From a virus: 64,000 nt of DNA. The stretch covers positions 1-64,000 of the IMG/VR virus record IMGVR_UViG_3300027983_000009. The stretch is one strand, 5' to 3'. The notes under the pieces are model-generated. The model made no database searches and was not told where the DNA came from. It saw only the letters and a program-made list of their open reading frames with translations. Made by a program: the position numbers and the translations under genes. Shown in pieces: positions 1 to 10,068 of this stretch; the stretch's first letter is position 1, and every line of letters starts with the position of its first letter.

Positions 1-2
1 CG

Positions 3-410
3 ATGCAGCAGATACCGATGCAGCAGATGCCGATGCAGCAGATGCCGATGCAGCAGATGCCGATGCAGCAGATGCCGATGCAGCAGATGCCGATGCAGCA
101 GATGCCTCAGCAGATGCAGCAACCCGCACAGGTGGGCGCTGCCATGGCTGGTCTTGTGGCTGGTATGCCTCCGGTAGCGGTGGTTCAGCCAACGGTAATG
201 CCGCTACCTGTGTCCAACGTGGCGACACAACCAGCAGCAGGTTTTGCGATGCCAGTAGCGTATCCTACTAACCCGGCACCTCAGCAGCAGGTTGGAGAGG
301 TAGCTCAGCAGATGCCGGCACAGGTTGCACAACCTGCAGCGGCTGGTGGCGGTCGAGCGCAGTTAGCACTTGCGGCAGCACAGGCAGCCGCAGGAGTAAC
401 TGCTCAATAG
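3..410 (+). CDS. C-terminal part of a Gln/Met/Pro/Ala-rich low-complexity protein (5' end outside window)
   Basis: Open frame from window start; 15-nt ATGCAGCAGATGCCG tandem repeat encoding (MQQMP)n. Confidence 0.7.
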   Translation: MQQIPMQQMPMQQMPMQQMPMQQMPMQQMPMQQMPQQMQQPAQVGAAMAGLVAGMPPVAVVQPTVMPLPVSNVATQPAAGFAMPVAYPTNPAPQQQVGEVAQQMPAQVAQPAAAGGGRAQLALAAAQAAAGVTAQ

Positions 411-413
411 TCT

Positions 414-431
414 CTGGTTATTAATAACCAG
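414..431. promoter_or_regulatory. Palindromic operator-like site CTGGTTATTAATAACCAG (family GTTATnnATAAC)
   Basis: Perfect 18-bp inverted repeat in intergenic DNA; core recurs at 7 other sites. Confidence 0.6.
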
Positions 432-437
432 TTAGTC

Positions 438-472
438 AGCCCACGCGGGTCGTTCCGCGTGGGCTTTGTTTT
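438..472 (+). terminator. Intrinsic terminator
   Basis: 11-bp stem AGCCCACGCGG/CCGCGTGGGCT followed by TTGTTTT. Confidence 0.75.
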
Positions 473-499
473 GCAACCAGGTGTCAGAGAGAGTGATTT

Positions 500-1819
500 A
501 TGGCAAAGAAATCTGGTAAGTCAGTGGATTCTGTGGCGGCTAGTTTTGCAGGGTTATCCGCTCAGCGGGTGCAGCAAGGTAAGGGCAGCGTCCAGCCGGC
601 TGACGTCGGCGTAGTTACAGGTATCCCGTTACCGTCGCTGGTGATGCGGTACTTTTTCCGCTCGACTGTCTTTCCGCTGAGTAAGATTGTGCAGCTGACA
701 GGGCAGGAGGGTTCCTGCAAGTCGGCGTTTCTCTATGAGGTAATGCGGTGGCACTACATGGCGAACGGCGGGGCAGCGCTAGCCCAGAACGAGAATAAGG
801 ACAGCCCGGAACTTCGTCGCAGTATACTGAAGTACAACCCGGAGTGGGCATCCAAGTTCTTCAAGGAGGATACGACCTCGTTGGAGGAGTGGCAGGAGTT
901 CCTGATCCGGACACTTAGTTCCACCAAAGAGATCTACGAAGACCCTAAAACGGCCGGAGCAGTGTGGCCCCTCATACTGGGTGTTGACAGCATTACAGCA
1001 ACGGGCACAGCAGCCGAGTTGGAGAATATCCACTCGGACGGTTTTGCATCCAGGGGTTTTGCTGTGATGGCTAACCTGATCAGCCGCTTCATGAGGGCTA
1101 TGCCGGGACAGCTTCGCAACTACCCGTTCACGGTTGTCGGGACAAACCATCTCAAACCTGGTACAGATGCGATGGGGAGACCCAAAGACGATATACCCGG
1201 CGGTAAGTCTGTGAAGTTCATGGAGACTTACGAGATCAAGATGGTCCGAATAAAGGACATCGACAAGGCGAATTACGGCGGTATCACTGTGCAGTTTACG
1301 CTGCAGAAGAACAGCCTCGGCCCTTCAAGATTCTCTGTCAAAGCGGATCTGTTGTGGTGGAGAGCACCCGGTCCAAATGGTAAACCTCGTCAGGAGACAG
1401 CCTGGGACTGGGAGACAGCGAGCATCGAGCTCCTGCTGGCGTTCGAGAGCTGTAAAGGGAAGAAGGGCTTATACAGGAGGCTTCAGGAGGTGTGTGATAT
1501 CCACGTAATCAGCAAGACTACGCGAAAGGCGTGGTCGAATGCGTTGGGTGTACCTAAAGACTCTCCGACCACATTCCGGCAGCTTGGTAGGCTGCTGGAG
1601 ACTCGGCAGGATATTTTGGTGCAGTTGTACGAAATCCTGGGCATCGAGGTGCGAACAGTTTGGGATCAGCGTATCCCGTACTCAGAGTTTATGTCGGCCG
1701 AGAGTGATAAGCAGCGGGCGGCGCTGCTGGTAAACCTACAGCAATTCAGAGACGACCCTGCAAGTTTCAGCGCTGCGGACTTCCCGGACATGCTGGAGGG
1801 TGATGGTGGCGACGACTAA
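500..1819 (+). CDS. recA: RecA/UvsX-like recombinase
   Basis: IVQLTGQEGSCKS (Walker A-like), ILGVDS (Walker B), TNHLK...PGGKSVKF (RecA L2/GG motif). Confidence 0.8.
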   Translation: MAKKSGKSVDSVAASFAGLSAQRVQQGKGSVQPADVGVVTGIPLPSLVMRYFFRSTVFPLSKIVQLTGQEGSCKSAFLYEVMRWHYMANGGAALAQNENKDSPELRRSILKYNPEWASKFFKEDTTSLEEWQEFLIRTLSSTKEIYEDPKTAGAVWPLILGVDSITATGTAAELENIHSDGFASRGFAVMANLISRFMRAMPGQLRNYPFTVVGTNHLKPGTDAMGRPKDDIPGGKSVKFMETYEIKMVRIKDIDKANYGGITVQFTLQKNSLGPSRFSVKADLLWWRAPGPNGKPRQETAWDWETASIELLLAFESCKGKKGLYRRLQEVCDIHVISKTTRKAWSNALGVPKDSPTTFRQLGRLLETRQDILVQLYEILGIEVRTVWDQRIPYSEFMSAESDKQRAALLVNLQQFRDDPASFSAADFPDMLEGDGGDD

Positions 1820-1850
1820 ATTAATCAGGTGGCGATTATTGGAGATATGT

Positions 1851-2030
1851 ATGGAGTGGATAAGTGTCGAAGATAATCTACCGGATCGCGGCGAGGCGGT
1901 AGTCGCGATGCGTGCAGATGGATGGTGGGCGAAAACACACGGGTGGTACTCAGCAGATTATGGTGCTAGGGTGCAGCCAATTGTAAAGTGGCTCCGTGTG
2001 ACCAAGCAAGTCGTTCCTAAGTCCGCATAA
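1851..2030 (+). CDS. DUF551-like small protein
   Basis: MEWISVEDNLP...IVKW motif; GGAG RBS. Confidence 0.55.
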   Translation: MEWISVEDNLPDRGEAVVAMRADGWWAKTHGWYSADYGARVQPIVKWLRVTKQVVPKSA

Positions 2031-2130
2031 GGCTACAGATCAGCCGGTTGGAGCGAGTGACGTTCCATGTGAAAACGGGTGACCGACAACTCGGTTGCAT
2101 CTAAGTAATATGAAGGGAGAAACGCTGAAT

Positions 2131-2730
2131 ATGAATGATAGTCACAAGCTTTTCAAAAAGCTGAAGCAGGACGCGGAAGACACCAGTATCAACCGTGACA
2201 CAGGTAAGTTTGAGGAGGCGGTTGTTGCGAAGCTGCTGCAGTTATCGAGTAGCCAGCTACAGCTCCCAGCACTGAAGCGGCACCAGCAGAACCTGACAGG
2301 TAGCTCGAGAGTAGCCTTTGCAGAGTTTGCCACTGTGTTCCCCTCTTATCCTGTGCGGTTAGCGGCTAGCACTAACAGGTACTCTGGAAAACTACCTTAT
2401 GCTTCGCTGCTCGGTGGTAAGCTGTCTAAGCTGAAGCTGATTGATGAGTACGCCAAGGTAGCCAGCGAGCACGAGATAAACGTCAAAGCTGTCAGATTTG
2501 GGTTGGTGTTCCGCTGTAGCTGGGCTAAGCAGGCATCTATCCAGGTAATGCATAATCAGGTATCCCAGACTGGTATGCCGGATTTCGATACGGAACCTGA
2601 AGAAGTGCAGGAAACACTGTGCCGCAGGTTTATGTTCTGGTTTCGTGGTACCTACTATGTGTTGGAAGGGCTGAGGTCGTTTACGCACACTGTTGGTACG
2701 GACTGGACGAGTAATGCAAATTTACAGTGA
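2131..2730 (+). CDS. Hypothetical protein
   Basis: Long ORF, GGGAGA RBS. Confidence 0.6.
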   Translation: MNDSHKLFKKLKQDAEDTSINRDTGKFEEAVVAKLLQLSSSQLQLPALKRHQQNLTGSSRVAFAEFATVFPSYPVRLAASTNRYSGKLPYASLLGGKLSKLKLIDEYAKVASEHEINVKAVRFGLVFRCSWAKQASIQVMHNQVSQTGMPDFDTEPEEVQETLCRRFMFWFRGTYYVLEGLRSFTHTVGTDWTSNANLQ

Positions 2731-3847
2731 GCCGGAGCTGGTGACATTCGGACAAGGTCAGCTGCAGTTACTGCAGAAGACACTGAAAGCGACGGACGCG
2801 AACACAGAGCTGGTGGACATTATTGCAGTGGACCAGCTGAAGCTCGGTAAAAACGGCAAGACAATTCATGGGTCTGCCGTTTTGAGTAGGTCTATGTTTC
2901 AGCAAGTCGCACACAAGCTTGGACCGGGCACAGCCCGTGTCGTTAAGTCGTTGGCTGGCATAGGTACAGCTGACACAGACGCCAGCCGTGTTTTCGACGT
3001 CGCGTTTGCAGTACGAGTGTGGAACAAGCTCGTCGAGTTGCGATTTGCAGAGTTAGCCAAGTACAGAATGATCGTGAATAGGAAGACCCACAGTTTGGAG
3101 GGTCTGGTAGGTAACAGCCAGCAGTACATCAAAAATCATGAGGTGTTGCAGACATCGCTGACTATTTGCGAAGACGTACACGGTACGACCTGTAGTTTTT
3201 ACGGGGCTCGACTGATCGGTAGGGGGATGACACTCTGGTTCCGAAAACCCGCGTCGTCGGTTATTATTACTCTGCGAGATAAGACCTACTCATTCAACGA
3301 GGGGTACTATTTCACAGTTCAGGAGGCAAGCGGGGCAGCCCTGCGTGGGTCTGTGGCGGTGTTTTCATCACACGGGGTCAGTCTGGCACCGTTCAAGCCG
3401 TTCGGTGCCAGGATGTCTCGCAAGCACAATGCTGTAACTTTCGGCGGCAAGGTTGCGCAGTTGTTCTCGACAGTTTTTGACAAGAAGTTCGAGTGGACGG
3501 CTCTGGAGCACGGTATTTCAACAGTCGCATCTCGGCCACTGGGTTACAGTGTCGAAATGTCGACAAAAGCTGTAGAGGTCCAATCTCGCGCTGTTGTCCG
3601 TATTCTGCGAAGCCTTGGTTTGCAGCAAGAGCTGTCTCAAGATATCCTGAAGCGGACACTGCGAACAGACAGCGACGGTGAGCTAGAGGCTCCACCACTG
3701 CACCTGGGTACCGAGTACTCCAAGAAAGCTGCGTTGGATCTGTTTTTGCAACTGCTGGGAACAGCCAGAACGCTGCGACCAGATCTGCGAGAGTGTGCTG
3801 AGCTTGTCGCCTATAAGTTGTTGGTAGGTCGTGTTCTTTTTGTGTGA
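2714..3847 (+). CDS. Hypothetical protein, possibly DUF932-like
   Basis: Long ORF; GLVGNSQQYIKNHEVL resembles the DUF932 'vs..Y..idN.ev' motif (weak). Confidence 0.45.
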   Translation: MQIYSEPELVTFGQGQLQLLQKTLKATDANTELVDIIAVDQLKLGKNGKTIHGSAVLSRSMFQQVAHKLGPGTARVVKSLAGIGTADTDASRVFDVAFAVRVWNKLVELRFAELAKYRMIVNRKTHSLEGLVGNSQQYIKNHEVLQTSLTICEDVHGTTCSFYGARLIGRGMTLWFRKPASSVIITLRDKTYSFNEGYYFTVQEASGAALRGSVAVFSSHGVSLAPFKPFGARMSRKHNAVTFGGKVAQLFSTVFDKKFEWTALEHGISTVASRPLGYSVEMSTKAVEVQSRAVVRILRSLGLQQELSQDILKRTLRTDSDGELEAPPLHLGTEYSKKAALDLFLQLLGTARTLRPDLRECAELVAYKLLVGRVLFV

Positions 3848-3882
3848 CAATTTTTACGGGTTAGACCCTGTAGGAGATTTTT

Positions 3883-4794
3883 GTGGTAGAGAAAAGTGTT
3901 AGAGATGTAGTTGTCGAGCGTATGCCGGCCCCGCTCCTGAATAAGCTCGCAGTTGTGGAGCAGCAGATTCAGGCTCAGCGAGACGGTACAATTCAGTGGT
4001 ACTACAAACTAGGTAAGACAGTGCAGGCGGTTAAAGAGGACGGGGATCGCTACCGCGGGACAGACGGTACAGACGGCCTCGAGCTTCTGTTGGAGGCTGT
4101 TGCTAAGCACGCATCAACGGTAACTACAGCGTTGCGATTCTTTGAGAACTTCTCTACGGAGGACTTGCAGTGGTTGCTGGATCTCAAGAACGCAAAGACT
4201 GGGGTAGGGTTGACCTGGTCACATATTCCAATACTACTAACCTGTGCTACGAAGACAGAAAGGAAGAAGTGGGCTTCGCGAGCGGTGCGGGAAGAGCTGA
4301 CAGCTCCGGCGCTACACGCAGAAATCAAGGCCGCCAAAGAGGACCCTAACAGCGGCCACGGTAGGCCGTTCGCTGTACCTGTAACGGTAGAGAAACAGAT
4401 CAGATCGCTGATCAAAGAACTGGCGAGAATGCAGCGGTTGCACGATCAGCTCTGGAACGGGGAGGCTCATAGCATTTTTCGGGAGCTCAGCAATATGGAG
4501 GACAGCGAGCTGGACGACGCCATGTTGTCTTACGCTGAGCAGATGCTCGAAGCTTCCAGCAAACTAGCAGGTGAGCTGCAGGTAATTTCAGAACTCAGCG
4601 ACGCAGCTGTCACAAGGATCAGCGACACGTTGAAAGCACGTGAAGAGGATGCGACTGAGGCGAGAAGCGGAGTTGCCGCAGCCGTAGAGGCCAGCGGAAC
4701 ACGGGCAAGTCGGGCAATTGAGCAAGATGCGGACACGCCTGTAGACCCACCACCGACACGTAGATCGCGATCCGCATCAGCTGTTCCGGCTTAA
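3883..4794 (+). CDS. DUF1016 (YhcG) N-terminal-like DNA-binding protein
   Basis: WYYKLGK...LTWSHIPILL...ERKKW..RAVRE.LT...L...IK pattern. Confidence 0.45.
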   Translation: MVEKSVRDVVVERMPAPLLNKLAVVEQQIQAQRDGTIQWYYKLGKTVQAVKEDGDRYRGTDGTDGLELLLEAVAKHASTVTTALRFFENFSTEDLQWLLDLKNAKTGVGLTWSHIPILLTCATKTERKKWASRAVREELTAPALHAEIKAAKEDPNSGHGRPFAVPVTVEKQIRSLIKELARMQRLHDQLWNGEAHSIFRELSNMEDSELDDAMLSYAEQMLEASSKLAGELQVISELSDAAVTRISDTLKAREEDATEARSGVAAAVEASGTRASRAIEQDADTPVDPPPTRRSRSASAVPA

Positions 4795-4822
4795 TGCTAG
4801 TCGTTAGAATAAGGGCTACGGC

Positions 4823-5647
4823 ATGTCTGCTAGAGTAACTGTTTGCGTGCTTCTGTACGGTGACTACCCGACACTTGCAAAGCGATGTATTGAAAGTATC
4901 CTGCAGGCAGCGTGGTTCGATGATGTGAATATAGTCGTAGGGTTGAATGCTGTAGCGCAGGTCACAAAAGATTATGTCTACAGCACCCTCGGCGAGTATA
5001 GTCGTGCTGTTATTGTTGAAAGTGACAGCAACCTTCGTAAATATCCCATGATGCGCGAGATGTTTTACGGTATCGGGGAGGCTGCGAAGTCTGACTATAT
5101 CATGTGGTTTGACGATGACACATTTTTAATTAGCGGGAGTGTGTCGCGTCAGGCTTCATGGTTATCAACTTTGGTGGGCCAGTTAGGTACCAGCCCCGGC
5201 TTGCTCGGTAGAGCGTACACGATTCCGTGGTTGGGGCAGCAGCGAGAGTGGGTGAAATCGCAACCGTGGTATAATTCGAGTACTGGTACAGCACCGGGTA
5301 AAGTCTCGTTTATTCAGGGCAGCTGGTGGTTAATCCAAACTGCTGTGCTGCACAAGCTTGATTACCCGTGGTTGAATTTGTCGCACAATGGTGGTGATTC
5401 GATGCTCGGTGAAGCCTGTCGGCACGCTGGTATCAAGCTGATCAACTACACTGCAGGCGGTGTAGCTGTAAACGCGGATGCAGCAGGTGCAGAATCAGCC
5501 GCACCTCGTAGAGGGGTTAGCGAGCCGCAGATAGGTCGCAATAGTGCGGCAGCATCATTAGATCAGGCGACGACGTTGTTGCACCCATCAGATCAGCTGT
5601 TCTCTGTAGGTGAGCACGGACTTCAGTACTCCCCGTACTCCCCTTAA
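4823..5647 (+). CDS. GT-A fold (family 2-like) glycosyltransferase
   Basis: VTVCVLLY..RCIESI; DYIMWFDDD (DxD); GGDSMLG. Confidence 0.75.
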   Translation: MSARVTVCVLLYGDYPTLAKRCIESILQAAWFDDVNIVVGLNAVAQVTKDYVYSTLGEYSRAVIVESDSNLRKYPMMREMFYGIGEAAKSDYIMWFDDDTFLISGSVSRQASWLSTLVGQLGTSPGLLGRAYTIPWLGQQREWVKSQPWYNSSTGTAPGKVSFIQGSWWLIQTAVLHKLDYPWLNLSHNGGDSMLGEACRHAGIKLINYTAGGVAVNADAAGAESAAPRRGVSEPQIGRNSAAASLDQATTLLHPSDQLFSVGEHGLQYSPYSP

Positions 5648-6047
5648 ACGTAAAGGTTATGCAGTGCAGTTAGATCACAGAGTGCTGGACATTGAGGCGA
5701 TGGGCGGCCCGGACAAGAAGCACGCAGACATTATGCCAGGTGGAGGACCTCGCGGCTCGTGGTTTGTACCTAAGACAAGTCTGTTGGACGATACAATACA
5801 CTGGCAGCGGTCATCGACCAGCTCATCAGTAGAAATACCTGTGCAGCGATACATAACGGCGCCATCGCTTACAGCTATTGTGCTGTTCGCTACAAAGTTA
5901 GGGATGATTATAGATAGCAGCGCTAACAGCTTGAACGCCTCGCGGGTTGTGATATCCGTTGGCAACATACCGTATGCCGCTGTGCATAACGGTGAAAATG
6001 TTTGGAAAATTTTTCACGGTGTGGCATTTTTTGTAAAGGAGTTGTGA
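5610..6047 (+). CDS. Hypothetical protein
   Basis: ORF in operon-like overlap. Confidence 0.5.
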   Translation: MSTDFSTPRTPLKRKGYAVQLDHRVLDIEAMGGPDKKHADIMPGGGPRGSWFVPKTSLLDDTIHWQRSSTSSSVEIPVQRYITAPSLTAIVLFATKLGMIIDSSANSLNASRVVISVGNIPYAAVHNGENVWKIFHGVAFFVKEL

Positions 6048-6517
6048 TGATAGACAGGGGTTTAACAGAAATTGCAGAGATGACGCAGGAAGCTTTTCGT
6101 CTCTACTCGGCTTATGCGGAAGCAGCTGCGCAGACCGATTTGCTCACGCAACCTGGGGCTGTAGTTGTGGTGCGTATGGCTAACACACCAACAGGCGAGA
6201 TAGTACTGAGCCCGCTACTCACAGAAGAGGTGATTGCAACAGTTCTAGCGAATGGCCCGAACAGGGTTGCTATTGAGCTGTTAGCGGAAGTGACGCGACT
6301 GGCAGCGGCGGCTGAGCAGTTGCGGTCGTATTGCTACGAGGCAGTAAATACACACAATCTGTCGGCTGAGATAGCAGCGTCACCTTTGCCGCAGCCGGGA
6401 GAGGTCGCAGAGGTGGGGGCAGCAGAAGAACTACCGCAACTGGACACCCTCAGTACAACACCAGTAGAGCCGGCACAGCCGTCGCGAGTTCGGAGAATCG
6501 TTCAACCAGTTAAGTGA
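6047..6517 (+). CDS. Hypothetical protein
   Basis: AAGGAG RBS, stop/start overlap with previous ORF. Confidence 0.6.
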   Translation: MIDRGLTEIAEMTQEAFRLYSAYAEAAAQTDLLTQPGAVVVVRMANTPTGEIVLSPLLTEEVIATVLANGPNRVAIELLAEVTRLAAAAEQLRSYCYEAVNTHNLSAEIAASPLPQPGEVAEVGAAEELPQLDTLSTTPVEPAQPSRVRRIVQPVK

Positions 6518-6526
6518 TAGGGTGTT

Positions 6527-7396
6527 ATGGACAGGCCGAAAATTGGCATCACAAGAATAGACAAACTGCGACAGACGCTATATTCCAAGGCGTTTGTGCA
6601 TTTCGTAGGTAAGCCTCTCAGGGAAGCTGAAGAGTTCAGCGAGCTGTGCAGGCTGTTAAAGAAAGTTATGCCCGGCGTACCATACAATGCGATACTCGAA
6701 ACTGTTCGGCCGCATATTAATGAAGCAATTCCGGTCGGTGTAGCGGTAAAGCTGTCTTGGTTGATGGCTGGAAATCTTGAAACACTCCAGAGCGGTGCAG
6801 CGGCTAGGCCGTGGGTTGGGCAGCACAGCGAGGAGTGGATGGCTGTAGAGATAAGGTCTCTATCGCGTGTACTCCGTTATGCGAATATTGTATCGGAGTG
6901 CGTCTTCCGGATCTTGAGCGGTACAGGCAGCGGTCTGACGGTTACCAGATACCTGAGCGCGGGTGCTATCAAACACATAGCCAGAAAAATCGGATTCTCT
7001 GCCGCTAACGGTCGATACCCGTACCGTCACACGCTGGATATGACTTACCTAAGATTTTACGGTAAGTTTGAGCAGTCGTGTGTCAGGGACGGTATACCCG
7101 GGTTCAAGGAAGTAGAGTGCCCGGATAGTCTGTGTAAATGGAACAGGGATAACTTCCTGGCGGTCAGGTGTCGACACAAGGCGAACTGCCCACGAGGTTA
7201 CACCCACCCCTGCACGAAGTGTGCGATAGGTAGAAATGAGTGCCAGTTCGCTGTGCGGCCGTTGTCATATACGCTAGGCTTCTGCGACAAGTGCATGAAT
7301 GCAGACGCGTTGTTTGACCCGGCTGCACCAGCAACAACTGTGTGTGCTCAGTGTCTTAGTCACCAGCGGTGTCTTGTAGATATCGCCAAGCGTTAA
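6527..7396 (+). CDS. Hypothetical protein with Cys-rich C-terminal Zn-binding region
   Basis: Multiple CxxC (CTKC, CDKC, CAQC). Confidence 0.6.
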   Translation: MDRPKIGITRIDKLRQTLYSKAFVHFVGKPLREAEEFSELCRLLKKVMPGVPYNAILETVRPHINEAIPVGVAVKLSWLMAGNLETLQSGAAARPWVGQHSEEWMAVEIRSLSRVLRYANIVSECVFRILSGTGSGLTVTRYLSAGAIKHIARKIGFSAANGRYPYRHTLDMTYLRFYGKFEQSCVRDGIPGFKEVECPDSLCKWNRDNFLAVRCRHKANCPRGYTHPCTKCAIGRNECQFAVRPLSYTLGFCDKCMNADALFDPAAPATTVCAQCLSHQRCLVDIAKR

Positions 7397-7399
7397 TGT

Positions 7400-7738
7400 G
7401 TGGAGTCAGTAGTGACCAGTGAACGAAATATGATGTGTCCCTGCGGCAGTAATAAAAAGGTCAAGAAGTGTTGCGGTAACAGCAAGAAAGCGGCAGAGCC
7501 CCCACACAAGCCAAAAGGTGTACCGCAGGTAGCGCAAGCAATGCTTGCTGCAGGCATAGATAAGGCGGTTGTTTACGCCTACTACAATACTGGTGAGTTT
7601 ATAGTCGAGGAGTCTCGACACTGTCAGTCCGTAGAGGGGTTGCAGGTTTGGGACGCGCACTTGGCTGCGTTCGCAATTCTGGATGAGGAAACTCAGAGTA
7701 GTGTCATATCTCAGTGTGTTAACGGAGCGTTTCAGTGA
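7400..7738 (+). CDS. SEC-C motif protein
   Basis: RNMMCPCGSNKKVKKCCG. Confidence 0.75.
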   Translation: MESVVTSERNMMCPCGSNKKVKKCCGNSKKAAEPPHKPKGVPQVAQAMLAAGIDKAVVYAYYNTGEFIVEESRHCQSVEGLQVWDAHLAAFAILDEETQSSVISQCVNGAFQ

Positions 7739-8490
7739 CTATGAATATCAGACCGCAGAATTCCGCAGGGTTGCAGGGTTACTCACCTTATCGCGACATC
7801 GCTTACCTGTTCCCTGCACTGGTTGCAGAAGTGTTTTCCAAGCTGGATGAGTGCAACTGGAGCGACGCAACGAAGCAAGCTTGTCATACACACCAGATCA
7901 GTGAGCAGGAGATCGCCGAGGCGTGTGGTAAGCTGGGTGCCGCGTTGGCGATGTATATTAGAGAACCGACTATCAGCTCACCGTTTGATGCACTGCAACG
8001 CAGTGGGTTCTTGGAGTCCCGACTGGTTGTGCAAGATTTGGTTTTTGCCCGGTTTGGTGAGTCTATAGCAGCTGGGTGGTTCGTTGCTGTGCGTGACGTG
8101 ACACTGCAAGGTGAGGCTAGCGACGCAGCGCCGGATATGGCTCGCATGTTGGCAGCGGCGAGGTCGCTGGCTGACCGTCGGTCGCCGAGGGAAGGAGACG
8201 GCGACCAGACTCCGGTAGACGCGATAGCGTTGTTGCGTGTGGAGGTGAGTGAGACGCGTCGAGCACTGGAGCAAGCTAGAAGGTTGCGACAAGAGCTCGT
8301 GGACAGCGTTGCAGAGCAGGTTACAAAGAATCGTGGTCTGCAGGAGCAGCTGCAGGAGCTGCAGATAGCGAATGAGCGATTACAGGGAGCGGCGAAGATC
8401 GCCAACCTGAAGATCGACGCAGTGCGAGAGGTGTTAAAAAACAGCCGTGTATTGCGGCTATTCAGAAAACTAGTTTCAGCAACACGCTGA
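7735..8490 (+). CDS. Hypothetical protein with C-terminal coiled coil
   Basis: Long ORF, heptad-like E/Q/L-rich C-terminus. Confidence 0.6.
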   Translation: MTMNIRPQNSAGLQGYSPYRDIAYLFPALVAEVFSKLDECNWSDATKQACHTHQISEQEIAEACGKLGAALAMYIREPTISSPFDALQRSGFLESRLVVQDLVFARFGESIAAGWFVAVRDVTLQGEASDAAPDMARMLAAARSLADRRSPREGDGDQTPVDAIALLRVEVSETRRALEQARRLRQELVDSVAEQVTKNRGLQEQLQELQIANERLQGAAKIANLKIDAVREVLKNSRVLRLFRKLVSATR

Positions 8491-8507
8491 GCAGAGAGCA
8501 GGAGTTT

Positions 8508-9272
8508 ATGGTAGCAACGTTACCAGTAGAGGGTCGCGAGCAGGTTTTGCGACACTTGCAGAGATACCCAATACCAGGGTCGTTTCTGTGTGTGTACATG
8601 GAGACAAGCGGCTTCAGTGCGACATCGGCAACTGTGGTAGACCACTCAGTTGCGTTGGTGCAGCTTGGTGGGGCAACTCCAGTTATTCGGAATTTGGCCC
8701 GGGGCATGCTGCGGTGGAATTTCAGTAACACGCCAGCACCGATCTTGGAAAGACTGCACAACGACCTCGACAGATTGAGGATGGCAGAGCCTGCGCAGGG
8801 TACTGGACAGTATCCTGAATATGGCAGTGCAGTACAGCACAGCGCAATTGATGGCCGGGAGGCTGTAGCAACTATGGCGGCGAGTATCGCTGACGCGATT
8901 CTTGCAGGTACACCTGTAGTCGGGCATGGGTTGCTGTCGTTTCATTGGAACTTCTTGAAGCCGCATTTACCCGTCACTGTTGACGAGCAGCTTGACTCGT
9001 CCATGTTGCTCGGCGGGGTGGTGGATACGTCGCATATAGAAAAACTGCGACAAGCCGACGAGGGCGTGTATGCGATGTCTTCAGTACCGTTGGCAGAGTG
9101 GCAGCGTAATGCTGCAGCTATTCGCTCTAAGTCGAAGTGGTCGCTGCGTAGCTTCATGCTGCCACTCTACGGTCTGGGTGTACCACCGGGTACAGTACTG
9201 ACTGCCGACGATATGCTGATCCGGTACTGTGAAATCCTGCAGGAGTGGTACAAACTAGGAAGTGGGACTTAA
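8508..9272 (+). CDS. DEDDh (DnaQ-like) exonuclease fold, catalytic residues degenerate
   Basis: VYMETSGF (cf. DxETxG), VVGHGLLSFHWNFL (cf. VGHN..FD..FL), VVDT. Confidence 0.5.
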   Translation: MVATLPVEGREQVLRHLQRYPIPGSFLCVYMETSGFSATSATVVDHSVALVQLGGATPVIRNLARGMLRWNFSNTPAPILERLHNDLDRLRMAEPAQGTGQYPEYGSAVQHSAIDGREAVATMAASIADAILAGTPVVGHGLLSFHWNFLKPHLPVTVDEQLDSSMLLGGVVDTSHIEKLRQADEGVYAMSSVPLAEWQRNAAAIRSKSKWSLRSFMLPLYGLGVPPGTVLTADDMLIRYCEILQEWYKLGSGT

Positions 9273-9274
9273 CA

Positions 9275-9982
9275 GTGGCAAAAAAACGAGCAGTATCCTC
9301 TGCGACTCTTGGTGACGCAGTCACCCCGCTACCGACAGGGCGGCTGAGGTTGCGGAAGGATCCGGCATCGTTTGCGACGGAGCACCCCGTTCCTGACGGG
9401 GTGTTTGTCCGCGTAATCGGGCTGGACCTGGGTACGAAATGCGGGTTCGCTGTTTGCGACCTGCAGAAAGATAAACCTCTTGACGGGCAGCTGATCGTTG
9501 CCGGGATATGGGATCTGTCTGTAGGGCCGTTTGACTCGGGTGCGTTAAGGCATCTCAGACTGCGGCAGTTCCTGGCTGTGACAAAGCCAGATTTCATCTC
9601 GTTTGAGAATGTGAAGTACACACCACCAGCGGAACAGTTTAAGGGTAGACTGTCACCAGCTGCTATTGTGGCCAGGGCTGCAACGTCGCAGGAGTTCCTG
9701 GGCGGGCTGAAGATGACAGTGTTATCGTGGGCAGAGGCGAATGGGGTACCTACTCAACCGCAGGATATTGGTACGATAAAGAAGTACGCAACTGGTAAGG
9801 GTGTAGCCAGCAAGTTGGATATGGTGCGAGCAGCCAATACTAAATATGGGATGAATCTGGTAGATTCATCGGAAGAAGAAGCCCGCGCAGTTGGGGATGA
9901 CAATGTGGCAGACGCGGTGTTTTGCTGCAGCCTCGGTATAGACATGTACAAAGAGGGTCTTGCTGAGTATACGCAGCGGTAA
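9275..9982 (+). CDS. ruvC: RuvC-like Holliday junction resolvase
   Basis: VIGLDLGTKCGFAV, ISFENV, IKKYATGKGVASKLDM, DDNVADA. Confidence 0.8.
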   Translation: MAKKRAVSSATLGDAVTPLPTGRLRLRKDPASFATEHPVPDGVFVRVIGLDLGTKCGFAVCDLQKDKPLDGQLIVAGIWDLSVGPFDSGALRHLRLRQFLAVTKPDFISFENVKYTPPAEQFKGRLSPAAIVARAATSQEFLGGLKMTVLSWAEANGVPTQPQDIGTIKKYATGKGVASKLDMVRAANTKYGMNLVDSSEEEARAVGDDNVADAVFCCSLGIDMYKEGLAEYTQR

Positions 9983-10068
9983 GTTTGCAAATGCAGCTGC
10001 CGGTCGTGTAAACTCGGTGGAGAGTGTGCATTGGTATTCAGCGAGGGTAACACAGGAGCGAAGCAGAC

